Assembly: GCA_030390025.1 (NCBI GenBank)
Contig: CM059432.1
Coordinates: 65,908,001 to 65,972,000, forward strand
Reading direction: 5' to 3'
From: Squalus acanthias
Lineage: Eukaryota
DNA: 64,000 bases
Below the pieces are notes generated by a model. The model was not told the origin of the DNA. It made no database searches and saw only the letters and a list, made by a program, of their open reading frames with translations. The translations under genes were made by a program, and so were the position numbers. Position 1 is the stretch's first letter, and each line of letters starts with the position of its first letter. Shown here one piece after another: positions 23,371 to 33,949 of this stretch.

Positions 23371-24616
23371 CCCAAAGCCTTTTTTAGTGATCATGGAAGG
23401 ACGCAGTGTTCAACATTTGAGTGGACAAGTTTAAGGTGAATTTGTGACACCTAAACTGAATTTCTGCAATGTTTTACTGTTAATGCTCATGCAGAATCAT
23501 CTGTGCTTTGCCTTCGTGTGTGTGTATACACAGCAACATGTTGATTCTCACGGGTACACAGGTGACGTGTTGAGTCTCTGTTCGATGGGATCGGGACAAT
23601 CATGGCCGCGCCTACAGGATTCATCGGAAACCTCGGCGTGTATGACCAAGTTCGCGAACCATTCAGTTCTTACATTGATCGGATGAAGATGTATTTTAAG
23701 GCCAATAACATTATTGAGACCGAAGATGCAGATGAGAATGTTCAATCTCAAAATAAAGTAATTCGTGAACGTAAAAAAGCAATTTTTCTAATGGCGATCG
23801 GGCCAGATGTCTATGGAACATTAACAAACCTATTCCCACCAGGGAAAGCGAAGGATGCATTGTTTGAAGACATTGTCGAGAAACTCGAGGACCATTTTGA
23901 CCCAAAGCCGTTAGAAATAGCAGAGAGCTATAAGTTTGGTACCAGAAACCAAAAACAAAGTGAAACCATCAGTGAGTACATTGTAGCTCTTAAGAACCTG
24001 TCTTTGCATTGTAACTTCGGCACATTTTTGGATCGTGCTTTGCGAGATAAGTTTGTGTGTGGACTGGTGGATGAGCGCACACAGTCCAAATTACTGAACA
24101 CTCTGGGGTAAAAATTCAGTTGGTTGCGCCTCCCGTTAGCGCCTTAAGAGGGCGCTAATGGAGCGCAAAGCCGCTAGCGCCCGGGCGCAGCGATGTTTGC
24201 GCCGCTCGGGAACTTAACTAGACATTGTGCGGCGGCGCTAAACTTTACCGCTGCGACCACCTGCGCGCGCAGATTGTGACGTCATTCCATGGTGCAACGC
24301 CCTTGTGGCGCCCCGGAGCGGAAATTGAGTGGCGCCCCCTGCCTTACCGCCTGGCGCATCCAATGACCGGAAGACTGGAACGCTATCAATCGCTGTGGGG
24401 CTGGGGGGGGGCGCTATTTAAAGGGGGCCTCTTCCTGTCTTTTTCTGTGGTTGACATTTTTGCACCACTCGTTCTGAGAGAGAGAGAGAGATTCGGAGAA
24501 AGAGAAAGAGAGACTTCTGTATTGAGTCAACGCTGTGTGAGGTAGTTTTGCCTACTGATCCTAACTTCGCTGGTACTTTGGTTGCTGTCCTTCATAACTT
24601 TGCTTGCAAAGAGACT

Positions 24617-25777
24617 ATGGGGGCTGCACTGATTGGGGGCGTTGTCCTGCTCCAGCTGAATCGGAGGACACAGAGACGCAGAGAGAGAATGGCAATGATG
24701 GCCAGACGGAGGAGGGCCAACAGGCGTATGTACAGGAGAGCTTACCCTCCCAGGGTATATCGTGAACAGCTCTCCTACATTCATATGTCTGAGGAGCTGT
24801 GTTTGCGAAGGCTGCGATTCAGCAAGGAGGTGGTCACTGAGCTCTGCCACCTGCTGCAGCCAGATCTGCAGCCTCAACTGAGGTCCAGGACGTCTCTGTC
24901 GGTGGCAGTGAAGGTCACAGTGGCTCTCAACTTCTATGCTACTGGCTCATTTCAAGCTGCTGCTGGGGACCTCGCCAATATCTCCCAGTTCGCGGTGCAT
25001 TGCTGCATCCGGCAGGTCACAAATGCCCTCTTTAAAAGGAGACGAGAGTTCATCTCTTTCCCCATGACCCCAGACAAGCAGCGTGACCGCGCTCTGGGCT
25101 TTGCGAGGATAGCGGGCTTCCCCATGGTGCAGTGCGCCATTGACTGCACGCATGTGGCTTTGCGTGCTCCACATGAGAATGCCGAGGAATTCCGGAACAG
25201 AAAGGGGTTCCATTCCTTGAATGTTCAGTTGGTCTGTGACCACAGACAGCTGATACTCGCTGTCAATGCCCACTATCCTGGCAGCTGCCACGATGCTTTC
25301 ATCCTGCGCCAGACTACTGTGGCAGAACTTTTCGAGGCACCGCATCAGCCAGTTGGTTGGCTTCTCGGGGACAAGGGGTATCCATTGAGCACCTGGCTGA
25401 TGACACCGCTCCGTACGCCCAACACCCCTGCTGAGCTGCGGTACAACGAGAGCCATCAAGCTACCAGGAACATCATTGAGCGCACAATTGGCATGCTGAA
25501 GCAACGGTTCCGCTGTCTCGACCATTCTGGAGGAGCCCTGCAGTACTCGCCTGAGCGAGTATCCAACTTCGTAGTTGTGTGCTGCATGTTGCATAACATG
25601 GCAATCGTCAGGACCCAGCCAATGCCACCAGGCCTTGGAGCACCACCAGAGGAGGAGGAGGAAGAGGAGGAAGAGGACGAGGAGGATGATCATCAGCAGC
25701 ACCAAGGCGGGAGGGCGGCCCACAATGGTGAAACTGCAAGGGCCGTCCGTCAACGGCTGATAGCAAGCCGCTTCTAG
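24617..25777 (+). CDS. Harbinger DDE transposase (HARBI1-like), 386 aa
   Basis: IDCTH, PGSCHDA, LLGDKGYP, IIERTIGMLKQRF; 9 amino-acid differences from copy 1 by hand count. Confidence 0.95.
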   Translation: MGAALIGGVVLLQLNRRTQRRRERMAMMARRRRANRRMYRRAYPPRVYREQLSYIHMSEELCLRRLRFSKEVVTELCHLLQPDLQPQLRSRTSLSVAVKVTVALNFYATGSFQAAAGDLANISQFAVHCCIRQVTNALFKRRREFISFPMTPDKQRDRALGFARIAGFPMVQCAIDCTHVALRAPHENAEEFRNRKGFHSLNVQLVCDHRQLILAVNAHYPGSCHDAFILRQTTVAELFEAPHQPVGWLLGDKGYPLSTWLMTPLRTPNTPAELRYNESHQATRNIIERTIGMLKQRFRCLDHSGGALQYSPERVSNFVVVCCMLHNMAIVRTQPMPPGLGAPPEEEEEEEEEDEEDDHQQHQGGRAAHNGETARAVRQRLIASRF

Positions 25778-26089
25778 GGCCCCTGCTGTGGAAATGGCTT
25801 CTGCCATTGCTAACAACATCAATGAACCCAGCACGCAACCCCTAAGCCGGCCAAGGCACCAATGATTCCAAACACCAAACATGTATATTTTGAATACAAA
25901 TACTTATTTATTTTACAAACTCTGTGTGTGTCATTTCCTCATGACAAACTCATAGAAATAAACACAAAAAAACAGTCAATAACATAACTGGTTCTCACAA
26001 CCTGGAGATAATGTCCAAAACACTAGACAAAAGTTGGACCACGAACCTCGGCCTTTAATAAAAAAATGACCAGCATTTTGTCACACCTC

Positions 26090-28017
26090 CTACTTTTTGC
26101 CCTTCGAGGGTGATCTCCTTCCCTTGCGCACTTCCCCCCTTCTAACCCTACTGCTCCTCCGTAATGGGACCTCAGTGGCTGCAGCAAGGCTGGTGGAAGG
26201 CTGCAGATTGTCAGACCCTGACACTGCAGATGCCCCTGAAGGACGGCCTCGACCAGTTCTGGGCCTGGAGGGCCCGGCTGCAGACTGCACCAACTCTGCA
26301 TGGGCGGCAGCAGTCTGTCCTACAGGCGGTGGCAAGTGCAGTGGAGAAGTGACAGTCTTGGCAGCAGGATTGCTGTCATTGTGAGAGAGGACAGCAACTC
26401 CCTGCTCGCCCGACACACTGGCACTCCCACGGGGCAGCACTTCAGCATCCGGAGCAATCTGCTGGAGCACAGATTGCTGGCCTGCTGCGGCGCGGTGAGA
26501 GCCCCGGGGACATGTGAACGAACCATCGAGGTTGGCAGCAGTCAGTGCTCGCGTGGCCTCAATCTGAGTCTGCATGAGAGTAGTCAGAGATGGGATCACG
26601 GCAGTCAGTGACTGAATTGCAGCACTAAGCTTTAGTGTGGCATCCGCCTGTGCTACAGCGAAGTGCTCCACACTCCTTGCCAGTGACTCAATGCATTCGG
26701 GCACCCTTCCCACTGCACCCATGAGCTCAGTGTGCATGCCCACCACCTGGGTGTTCATTTCTGCGATCAGCCACTCCTCCTCTGCGTCCATTGCAGTAGG
26801 AGTCGCTGGCATACTCTCCCTCTGGGGAGAAGGCCCCCGTTCTTCCCTACCCCCATGGCATTGCTGCAGCCCGCTGGGTCCTGGAGCTTCACCCTCATCA
26901 GACCCTTCCCCCCTGCTCCCCTCCAGGGAAGGCGTGTTCCCAGTGTGGGCATGGGCTTCCTTGGGAGAGGGTGGCACTGATGCTCCGGCTTCCTCTTCCT
27001 CCTCGGCTGCAGCTTCACTCCCACTGGCAGCTTCAGGGCCCGTCTCCTCAGCTGGTGAATCACCATCTGAAAGCAGGGAGGTACAAAAGTGGCTTTAGCG
27101 TGAGGACAGGGTGGCAGTAAGGGAGGAATAAGTGCAGCGAGTTAGCAAGTTGGATTGAAAGTGTCAAAGGCTGGTGTTGTGAGGGACAAGTGGAAGGACA
27201 GAGGACAAAAAGGTGATGACCTTACCATTGCTGTCCAGAACGGGGTCGGCGTCTCCAGTGGCGACGGGACCGATCACCCGGCTTGCCACAATCCTGTGGA
27301 CGCACTCCTCAAGATCGCTGAGGGGTTGCAGCTGAGGCCGCCCTCCACCTGTCCGTTGCTGCTGTCTCCTATTATGCGCCAGCTTGGCCTGCAAGTAAAA
27401 GGACAGCATCTGAGTAAATATACAGCCATGGTCTTGCCTGATGTGCCTCCCATAGGTGAATAGCCCTTACTGTATGCAGCCATGGTCTTGCCTGATGTGC
27501 CTCCCATAGGTGAATAGCCCTTACTGTATGCAGCCATGGTCTTGCCTGATGTGCCTCCCATAGGTGAATAGCCCTTACTGTATACAGCCATGGTCTTGCC
27601 TGATGTGCCTCCCATAGGTGAATAGCCCTTACTGTATGCAAAGTGTGGAATGTGTGTGTGTGTTTCATGAAAGGGCCATAGGTGTTGGATGAGTGTTGTG
27701 CATTGGGGTTTTAAGACCCTCTGGCCATAGAGTGAGGTTGAGATGGAGGGATGGAGAGGTATTGAGAAAAAGCCACTCACCCTGACGACCCGAGTGAGGT
27801 CGTTGAACTTTTTGCGGCATTGAACATGGGTCCTGGGCACCATGCTCCTGGAGGAGACGCTCTGAGCCACCTCCCTCCACACTCTTCTGTACTCGCGTGG
27901 CAAAGGCCTCCTGCCACTCTCAGGGAAGAGTATACATCTTCTGCGCTCCACCGCGCCAACCAGAGCATCCAAGGCCCGCTCGGTGAAGCGCTGAGCTCGT
28001 TCTCTCACCCTCTCCAT
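26090..28017 (-). CDS. Harbinger Myb/SANT protein; exons 28017-27781, 27388-27226, 27066-26090; 458 aa
   Basis: Exons 1 and 2 have the same lengths as in copy 1 (237, 163 nt), GT-AG sites conserved, spliced frame open. Confidence 0.88.
27423..27639 (-). repeat. 54-bp tandem repeat (4 units) in Myb intron 1
   Basis: Reverse complement of the 3155 unit, four times. Confidence 0.95.
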
Positions 28018-28854
28018 CCTTGGCTGGAAAATGGATTCACAGGTCTCTCCAGGCCGAGATTCAAGGCTGCAATGAGCAGGGTGTGGCTGGGGAGCAAGTT
28101 GGCCCCCCCACTTTAAGAAGTGGCCGGCGCCAGTGTGTCTGTGTTCCCTCGCTAACTGGCAGCACCTGCGCTGCGCTCGCGCGCTGAGTTAGCGCCTCAC
28201 TGCTCGGCCTTTGCACCTTAAGACAGGTGTGCAGCGCCTGATTTAGCGCTCCACTCACCTCCCGGGGCGGTAAAAGTGAAGTTTCCAGTCAGTGGCGATA
28301 ATTAGCGCCAGGCGCTAATCTTTGCGTCCAGACGATATTTGCGCCCCAAACGGGGCGCGACCTAATTTTTCCCCCTCTGAACCTAACATTTGATGTAGCA
28401 TGCAAAATTGCGCTATCTATGCAGATGGCGTCTAAGAATGCTCGGGAGCTCCGTCCAACTCAAGTGACTAGTGCAGCTGAGGTATACAGTCACAAAGCCA
28501 CCGCCAAACCTAAAGTTGTAAGACCAAGTCAAAAGCATGTTGTTGAGAGCAGTTCAGTGAATTGTTATCACTGCAATGGAAATCACTCACCACAGTTCTG
28601 CCAATACAGAAATGCAAAGTGTTTTCATGGCCAGAAGCAAGGCCATATTTCAACAGCTTGCAGAGCTAGATCTAAAGCAGGAAGTAGTGGCAATGCAAAG
28701 CAGTGACAACAAAGGGAGGAATTCACAATATTGAAGTGAACACACCTGATGTTGAAGAATTAGGCATCTACAGCATCTATGCCACTAGCGGCAACACCAG
28801 CAGTCGTGAGAAGACTTCCATACAAAACCTCTGATCAACGACCAATATATTGAT

Positions 28855-31226
28855 ATGTGTATCGACACAGCGGCGGACTGTTCTATCATGAGTAAGGACA
28901 CATATGAGAGTAAGTTTAATCAAATACCACTTACAAAGAGTACCGTAGAGTTAAAAACCTACTCCGGAGAAATGCTAGAGACATGTGAACAAATGGAATG
29001 TAGAGTTCAACACAATGGCCAGTCAGTAAATCTGCCTATTATTGTAGCGAGCTACAACAACAGGCCAACCCTCATGAAAGAAAGAAAGAAAGACTTGCAT
29101 TTATATAGCGCCTTTCACGATGACCAGACGTCTCAAAGCGCTTTACAGCCAATTAAGTACTTTTGAAATGGAGTCACTGTTGTAGTGTGGGAAACGCAGC
29201 AGCCAATTTGCACACAGCAAACTCCCACAAACAGCAATGTGATAATCTGTTTTTTGTTATGTTGGTTGAGGGATAAATATTGGCCAGGACACCGGGGATA
29301 ACTCCCCTGCTCTTCTTTGAAATAGTGCCATGGGATCTTTTACATCCACCTGAGAGAGCAGATGGGACCTCAGTTTAACGTCTCATCCGAAAGACGGCAC
29401 CTCCAACAGTGCAGCACTCCCTCAGTACTGCACTGGAGTGTCATGGGCAAAGACTGGTGAGAAAGTCAAAACTAGACTGGAAAACCATCTTCAGTGTAGA
29501 TGCTTCAAAGAAATGACTCGACACAATGCTGAACAAGTATGAAAGCATGTTCACAGACAGTTATGAGGACATCACTGGGTATGATACGCATATCCGCATT
29601 AAGTCCAATGCGAAGCCTGTCTATTGTAAGGCAAGGCCAGTCCCCTATGCGTTGAAAAGTCAGGTGGAGGAAGAGCTAGCGAAGCTCAGAGAGAACGGAG
29701 TGTGAGTAAAAACTGACAAAAGTGAATGGGCTTCCCCGATTGTGGTAGTGTCCAAAGCAGAAAAAACTGTACGCTTGTGCGGTGACTACAAAGTTACTAT
29801 CAACCAAACGGTTGACGATGAGCAGTACCCGTTACCTACATCACAAGATTTGTATGCAGCACTCTCTGGGTCAAAGGTTTTCTCCAAGCTTGACCTGTCA
29901 CACGCTTATGCTCAGCTGAATGTTGACAAAGAGAGTCAACAGTATCTCACTGTCAACACACACAAGGGACTGTACTCATACACCAAGCTGTCGTATGGTG
30001 TAAAGTCCTCCCCCAAAATCTTCCAGGCTACGATGGATAAGATCTTGCAAGGAATTCCAAATTGCTTATGCAATCAAGAAGATGTGCTGATCGCAACAAG
30101 CAGTGAGGAAGAAAATCTGGAAGTGTTAAATTTAGTGCTTCAAAGGTTGGATTCCCACAATGTCAAATTGAAAAGGAGCAAATGTGCTTTTGTGCAGCCC
30201 GAGGTTGTGTACCTTGGTCTGAAAGTTGATGCAAATGGCTTGCAACCAGTTAAGGAAAAGGTTGATACTGTCATCAATGCTCCAAAGCCACAGAACATGT
30301 CTGAGTTAAGATCTTTCCTTAGAATGGTCCAGTACTACGCACGTTTCTTACCTGAGTTAGCAACCAGGTTAGCTCCATTGCACGAGCTCCTCAAGAAGGA
30401 TGTCCAGTGGAAGTGGACAAAAGTGCAACAGGAAGCTTGCGACGCTCGTAAGAGAAGTCTCTCTAGCGATGCTCTACTTGTGCACTACGACACAGAGCGT
30501 GAGCTTAAGTTAGCATGTGATGCTTCCAGCTACGATGTGGGAGCTGTCATGGATGATGGCCAAGAGAAACCAATCGCGTTTGCATCGCGAACCCTCACAA
30601 AGAGCGAAAGAAACTACGCTCAAATTGAAAAGGAGGCACTCACCATAGTGTTTGGAATCAAGAAATTTCAACAGTTCCTGATCGGCAGAAAGTTCACCCT
30701 GATAACCCATTACAAACCATTCCTAGTAAAATCTGCCATCCCTGCAATGGCTGCATCAAGAATGCAACGTTGGGCAGTGTTGTCACAATATGACTACACG
30801 ATTGAATATCGCACTTCAAAGCAAAACGCAATCGCAGATGCCTTGTCCAGGTTGCCACATGAGGACTCATGTGTTGGGAGTGAAGGTGCTATTTTCACGC
30901 TAGGTGCCGTTGACAAAGACTTTCCCGTGAATGCAACTGAGATTGCAGATGAGACTCAAAAGGACTCAGTACTGAAAAGAGTGTATGAAAACACCTTGAA
31001 TGGATGGATTGATCAGTGTCTGGACACAGAGTTGAAACCATTCCATAACCGTCGTACTGAATTGTCTTGTGAGCAAGGTTGTATCAAGTGGGGAAACAGA
31101 GTGGTGGTACCTACTTCTTTGAGTTCGGAACCAAAAAAAACCAGCCTGCAAATTGGTTCAACGCCAAAACCTTTTGTAAAGAGATCAGGAAGGCTCCACA
31201 AACCTGTTATTAAACTGGATATTTAG
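28855..31226 (+). pseudogene. pol: Gypsy pol (protease, RT, RNase H; integrase missing), disrupted
   Basis: IDTAAD protease; RLCGDYK, FSKLDLSHAY; YxDD decayed to NQED; LACDAS, YAQIEKEAL, NAIADALSR; stops and a SINE insertion. Confidence 0.9.
29077..29440 (-). mobile_element. Deu-domain SINE (SacSINE1-like) inserted in the Gypsy protease
   Basis: (gaaa)n tail, Deu core, TSD tcatg; removal restores PTLMGKDW. Confidence 0.85.
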
Positions 31227-31537
31227 TTCATTTGTAAGATTTGTCGTTCATTTAAAAGAAAGAAAACCAGGAGTTTTTGTTATGTGGTACATGTAGTGCT
31301 GGGAAAGGTGGGACCATAGTTTTGTTCTATTTGAAAGGGGAATATGTACATTTTTTTAAAGGGGAAAGCAGTGCAATGTATTATCACATAGTTTGTCACA
31401 TGGTTTAGTATGAGAATGCTCAGTTCGCTCTGGCTTAGTAAATAAAGCACATTGACTAGCAACTCATTGTGTCTCTGTCCTTCATTTATTCTACCCACAT
31501 ATATTACAATCATAGACCTCTGCAACCTCCTGCAATC

Positions 31538-32978
31538 TGTAAGGTTGTCAAAATTTACAGATCCCCAAAACCGAAGGAAAAAGGACTTTGGAACTACCTC
31601 AGAGTGATAATATTGTATTTGGGCCTAACCTAAGAGAATGTAAGACCAAAAACCAAGTTTTGGCATTTTAAAACATGTCTGGGCCTGTAAAGGAACAAAA
31701 GGTGGGACAACCTCTGTAAAAGCAGTTTTTGGTATTGCAGTTAATTGCAATGTCTGGGGAACCGGGATGACCTCACTCAAAGCCCCAGCAAGCATTAACA
31801 TTTTTGACAATAAACCCTAGGAGAAGACAGTCCCACCCAAAACAACAGGTCCCATCAAACCGATTACAGGGCCCATCAGGAAACATGCATAAAGCAAATA
31901 TTCTATAGAAGTCCCAGGCCCAGTCAAGAAACCCAAAACATGAGGACAATTCAAACTCCGATTAAACAACAGATCGACAGGATGGAACTATCCTGAAACC
32001 ACTTCACACATTTACAAAACCAGTCAACACACTAGTAAAGTCGTTACTGTTAATGAGGCCTCCATAAGAAAGCTTCGATGGGTATAATTAAAGGCCTGTT
32101 CTCAACAGTTCTGCAGTAACAACAGTTCAAGTTCAACAGAAGGCAGTTCTGCAGTTTTCGAGTTCAATTGAAAGCTTGTTTTCAGCAGAAGTGAGTGCTG
32201 GAGTTACAGAGTTCAGGAGAAGCAAGTTGGGCAGTTAAAGAAGCCAGTTCAGCAGTAACAACAGTTCAAGTTCAACAGAAGGTAGTTCTGCAGTTTGGAG
32301 TTCAATTCAAAGCTTGTTTTCAGCAGAAGTCAGTGCTGGAGTTACAGAGTTCAGGAGAAGCAAGTTGGGCAGTTAAAGAAGACAGTTCAGTAAGAAGGGA
32401 GTTCTCCAGTTCTCCAGCACAACAGTTACAGTTCTGCAAGAAGGCAGTTCCACAGCTCGGAAGAAGACAGTTTAAACAGAGGCAGAGTTCAACAGAAAGA
32501 AGTTCAACAAAGAAGGCCAACAGCTCCAGAAGTAGGCCGACACGCAAGAAGAAACCAGAGCGACTGCCTCAGTGACCATCGGACACCTCGCGGCAACAAG
32601 GGCCTTACAAAACTTTTTACTCAAAAGACTCTAAACCCTAACTCTCAACTGTCAAGGATTCGTTTGGTGAGCATTATCCCTGGTTCTCCAGAGCCCAACC
32701 TAGCTAGTGAAGTGGGATTGGGAGGGGTGAAGTATTCTTCTAATGTTATTTCCCTCGCTTGTACCGAAGTGTTCCCCACTTTTAGAGTGTTAAGAGTGTT
32801 TGTGTTGTGTTTTACTTTCTTGAATAAAGATCGAAGTTCTTTCATCAAACTCAATTGTCTGCTGCAGCTTTGTATCACAACCCCCAAATAAGTCCAAGGT
32901 CTAGAACCAAGGGAGTGGGAGCGATTCGAACGGCTCAGAAGTCAGAGGTGAAGCTGACACAAGCCACCACCCCCTACA
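31538..32978 (+). mobile_element. Solo LTR (ERV/Gypsy-like) with an internal ~138-bp tandem duplication (32113-32389)
   Basis: tgtaagg...cccctaca termini; homologous to 37203-38093; AATAAA ~32823; TSD degenerate (aatc/aaca). Confidence 0.75.
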
Positions 32979-33949
32979 AACATGACCTGATGCCTTCTGG
33001 ACCTGGGGGCATGCCTTGTCAGTGGTCCTCAAAGTCACCACGGCCCTGAAATTTCACGCGACTGGATTCTTTCAGTTCACAACAGTGGACTTCAGCCACA
33101 TTTTGCAGCCTGCAGTTCAGAACTGCATAAAGCAGATGGTCAACACCCTCTTTGCCAAGGCCGAGCAGTACATCACCTTCCTCACTAACCTTAAAAGTCA
33201 ACAAAACAGAGCTCATGGCTTTGCAGCAGTTGCTGGCTTCCCTTGTGTGCAGGACGTGATTGACTGTACACACGTGGCCATTAGGACACCGGAACACCGC
33301 AATATTCACCAACAGTAAAGGGTACCACTCTATTAATGTACAGCTAGTGGCCGATCACTGGAACAACATCATGCAGCTCTGTGCAACGTGCCCAGGGACT
33401 GCAACTCCACTATTCAACCCTAGGAGGAGCATGACAGGATGGCTGCTGGGGGGTCAAGGGTTACCTCCTGCAGACCTGATTGATGATATCACTCCACAAC
33501 CCCAACACGCCTCAGCAACACAGTTACAATCGGTGCAAGGGTTTGACCAGGATCCTTATAGAGCACACGATAGGAATGCTCAAGCAGGGGTTCAGATGTC
33601 TGGATTGCTCAGGCTGCTCACTGCAATGTGCCTCAGATAGAGAGTCAGGCATTGTTATGGGTTGCTGCATGTTGCACAGTATTGGATTGTAGAGAAGCCT
33701 GCACTTGGAGGAGGTAGCACAGCAGCAGCAGTCGCCATCAGATGAGGAAGAACTGGGGGAAGGAGGGTGAAGCAGCAGAGGAAGGAGGGCCACATCAGTG
33801 CCTTGCAGCGAGATGTCAGCGGTCTGCTCATAGGCTTCTCATGCCCTGCCCTGAGAATTTATAAACATAACAGTTCTCGACATATTCTTCATCACGCCCT
33901 TCATTCTGCATTGAAGAACATTCAAACCTTTCAGACAACTTCTATATTT

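Larger units (their letters stand above)
24105..28375. mobile_element. Full-length PIF/Harbinger DNA transposon, copy 2 (inverted relative to copy 1)
   Basis: TIRs ggggtaaaaatt / aatttttccccc; TSD tct (24102-24104 / 28376-28378). Confidence 0.97.
23602..28706 (+). pseudogene. gag: Gypsy gag, interrupted by Harbinger copy 2 (parts 23602-24104 and 28379-28706)
   Basis: YIDRMKMYFKAN...RNQKQSETISEY...LRDKFVCGL; removing the element and one TSD restores the frame (LLNTL-NLTFDVACKIALSMQMA); CCHC knuckle CYHCNGNHSPQFC. Confidence 0.88.
23213..31508 (+). mobile_element. Gypsy/Ty3 LTR retrotransposon, defective; hosts Harbinger copy 2 and a SINE
   Basis: 137-bp LTRs 23213-23349 and 31372-31508 (TG...CA, 16 mismatches by hand), 5-bp TSD atcat, PBS, PPT aaaggggaaagcag at 31358-31371, gag-PR-RT-RNase H order. 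Confidence 0.95.
23093..33830 (+). pseudogene. Old Harbinger transposase split into 23093-23212, 31514-31537 and 32979-33830 by Gypsy and solo-LTR insertions
   Basis: RRRPYPAH..YRLRLTFLDLSKEQC..FSKQAI | DLCNLLQ | HDL..LKVTTALKFHATGFFQ..VIDCTHVAIR..KGYHSINVQLV..IEHTIGMLKQGFRCLD..CCMLH; collinear with the intact transposase; frameshifted. Confidence 0.85.

Noticed and set aside
27423..27639. CRISPR-like array
   Set aside because: Head-to-tail 54-bp units with no unique spacers, eukaryotic context and no cas genes
32195..32575. 126-aa ORF with an internal repeat
   Set aside because: Lies in the tandem duplication of a solo LTR; no domain signature
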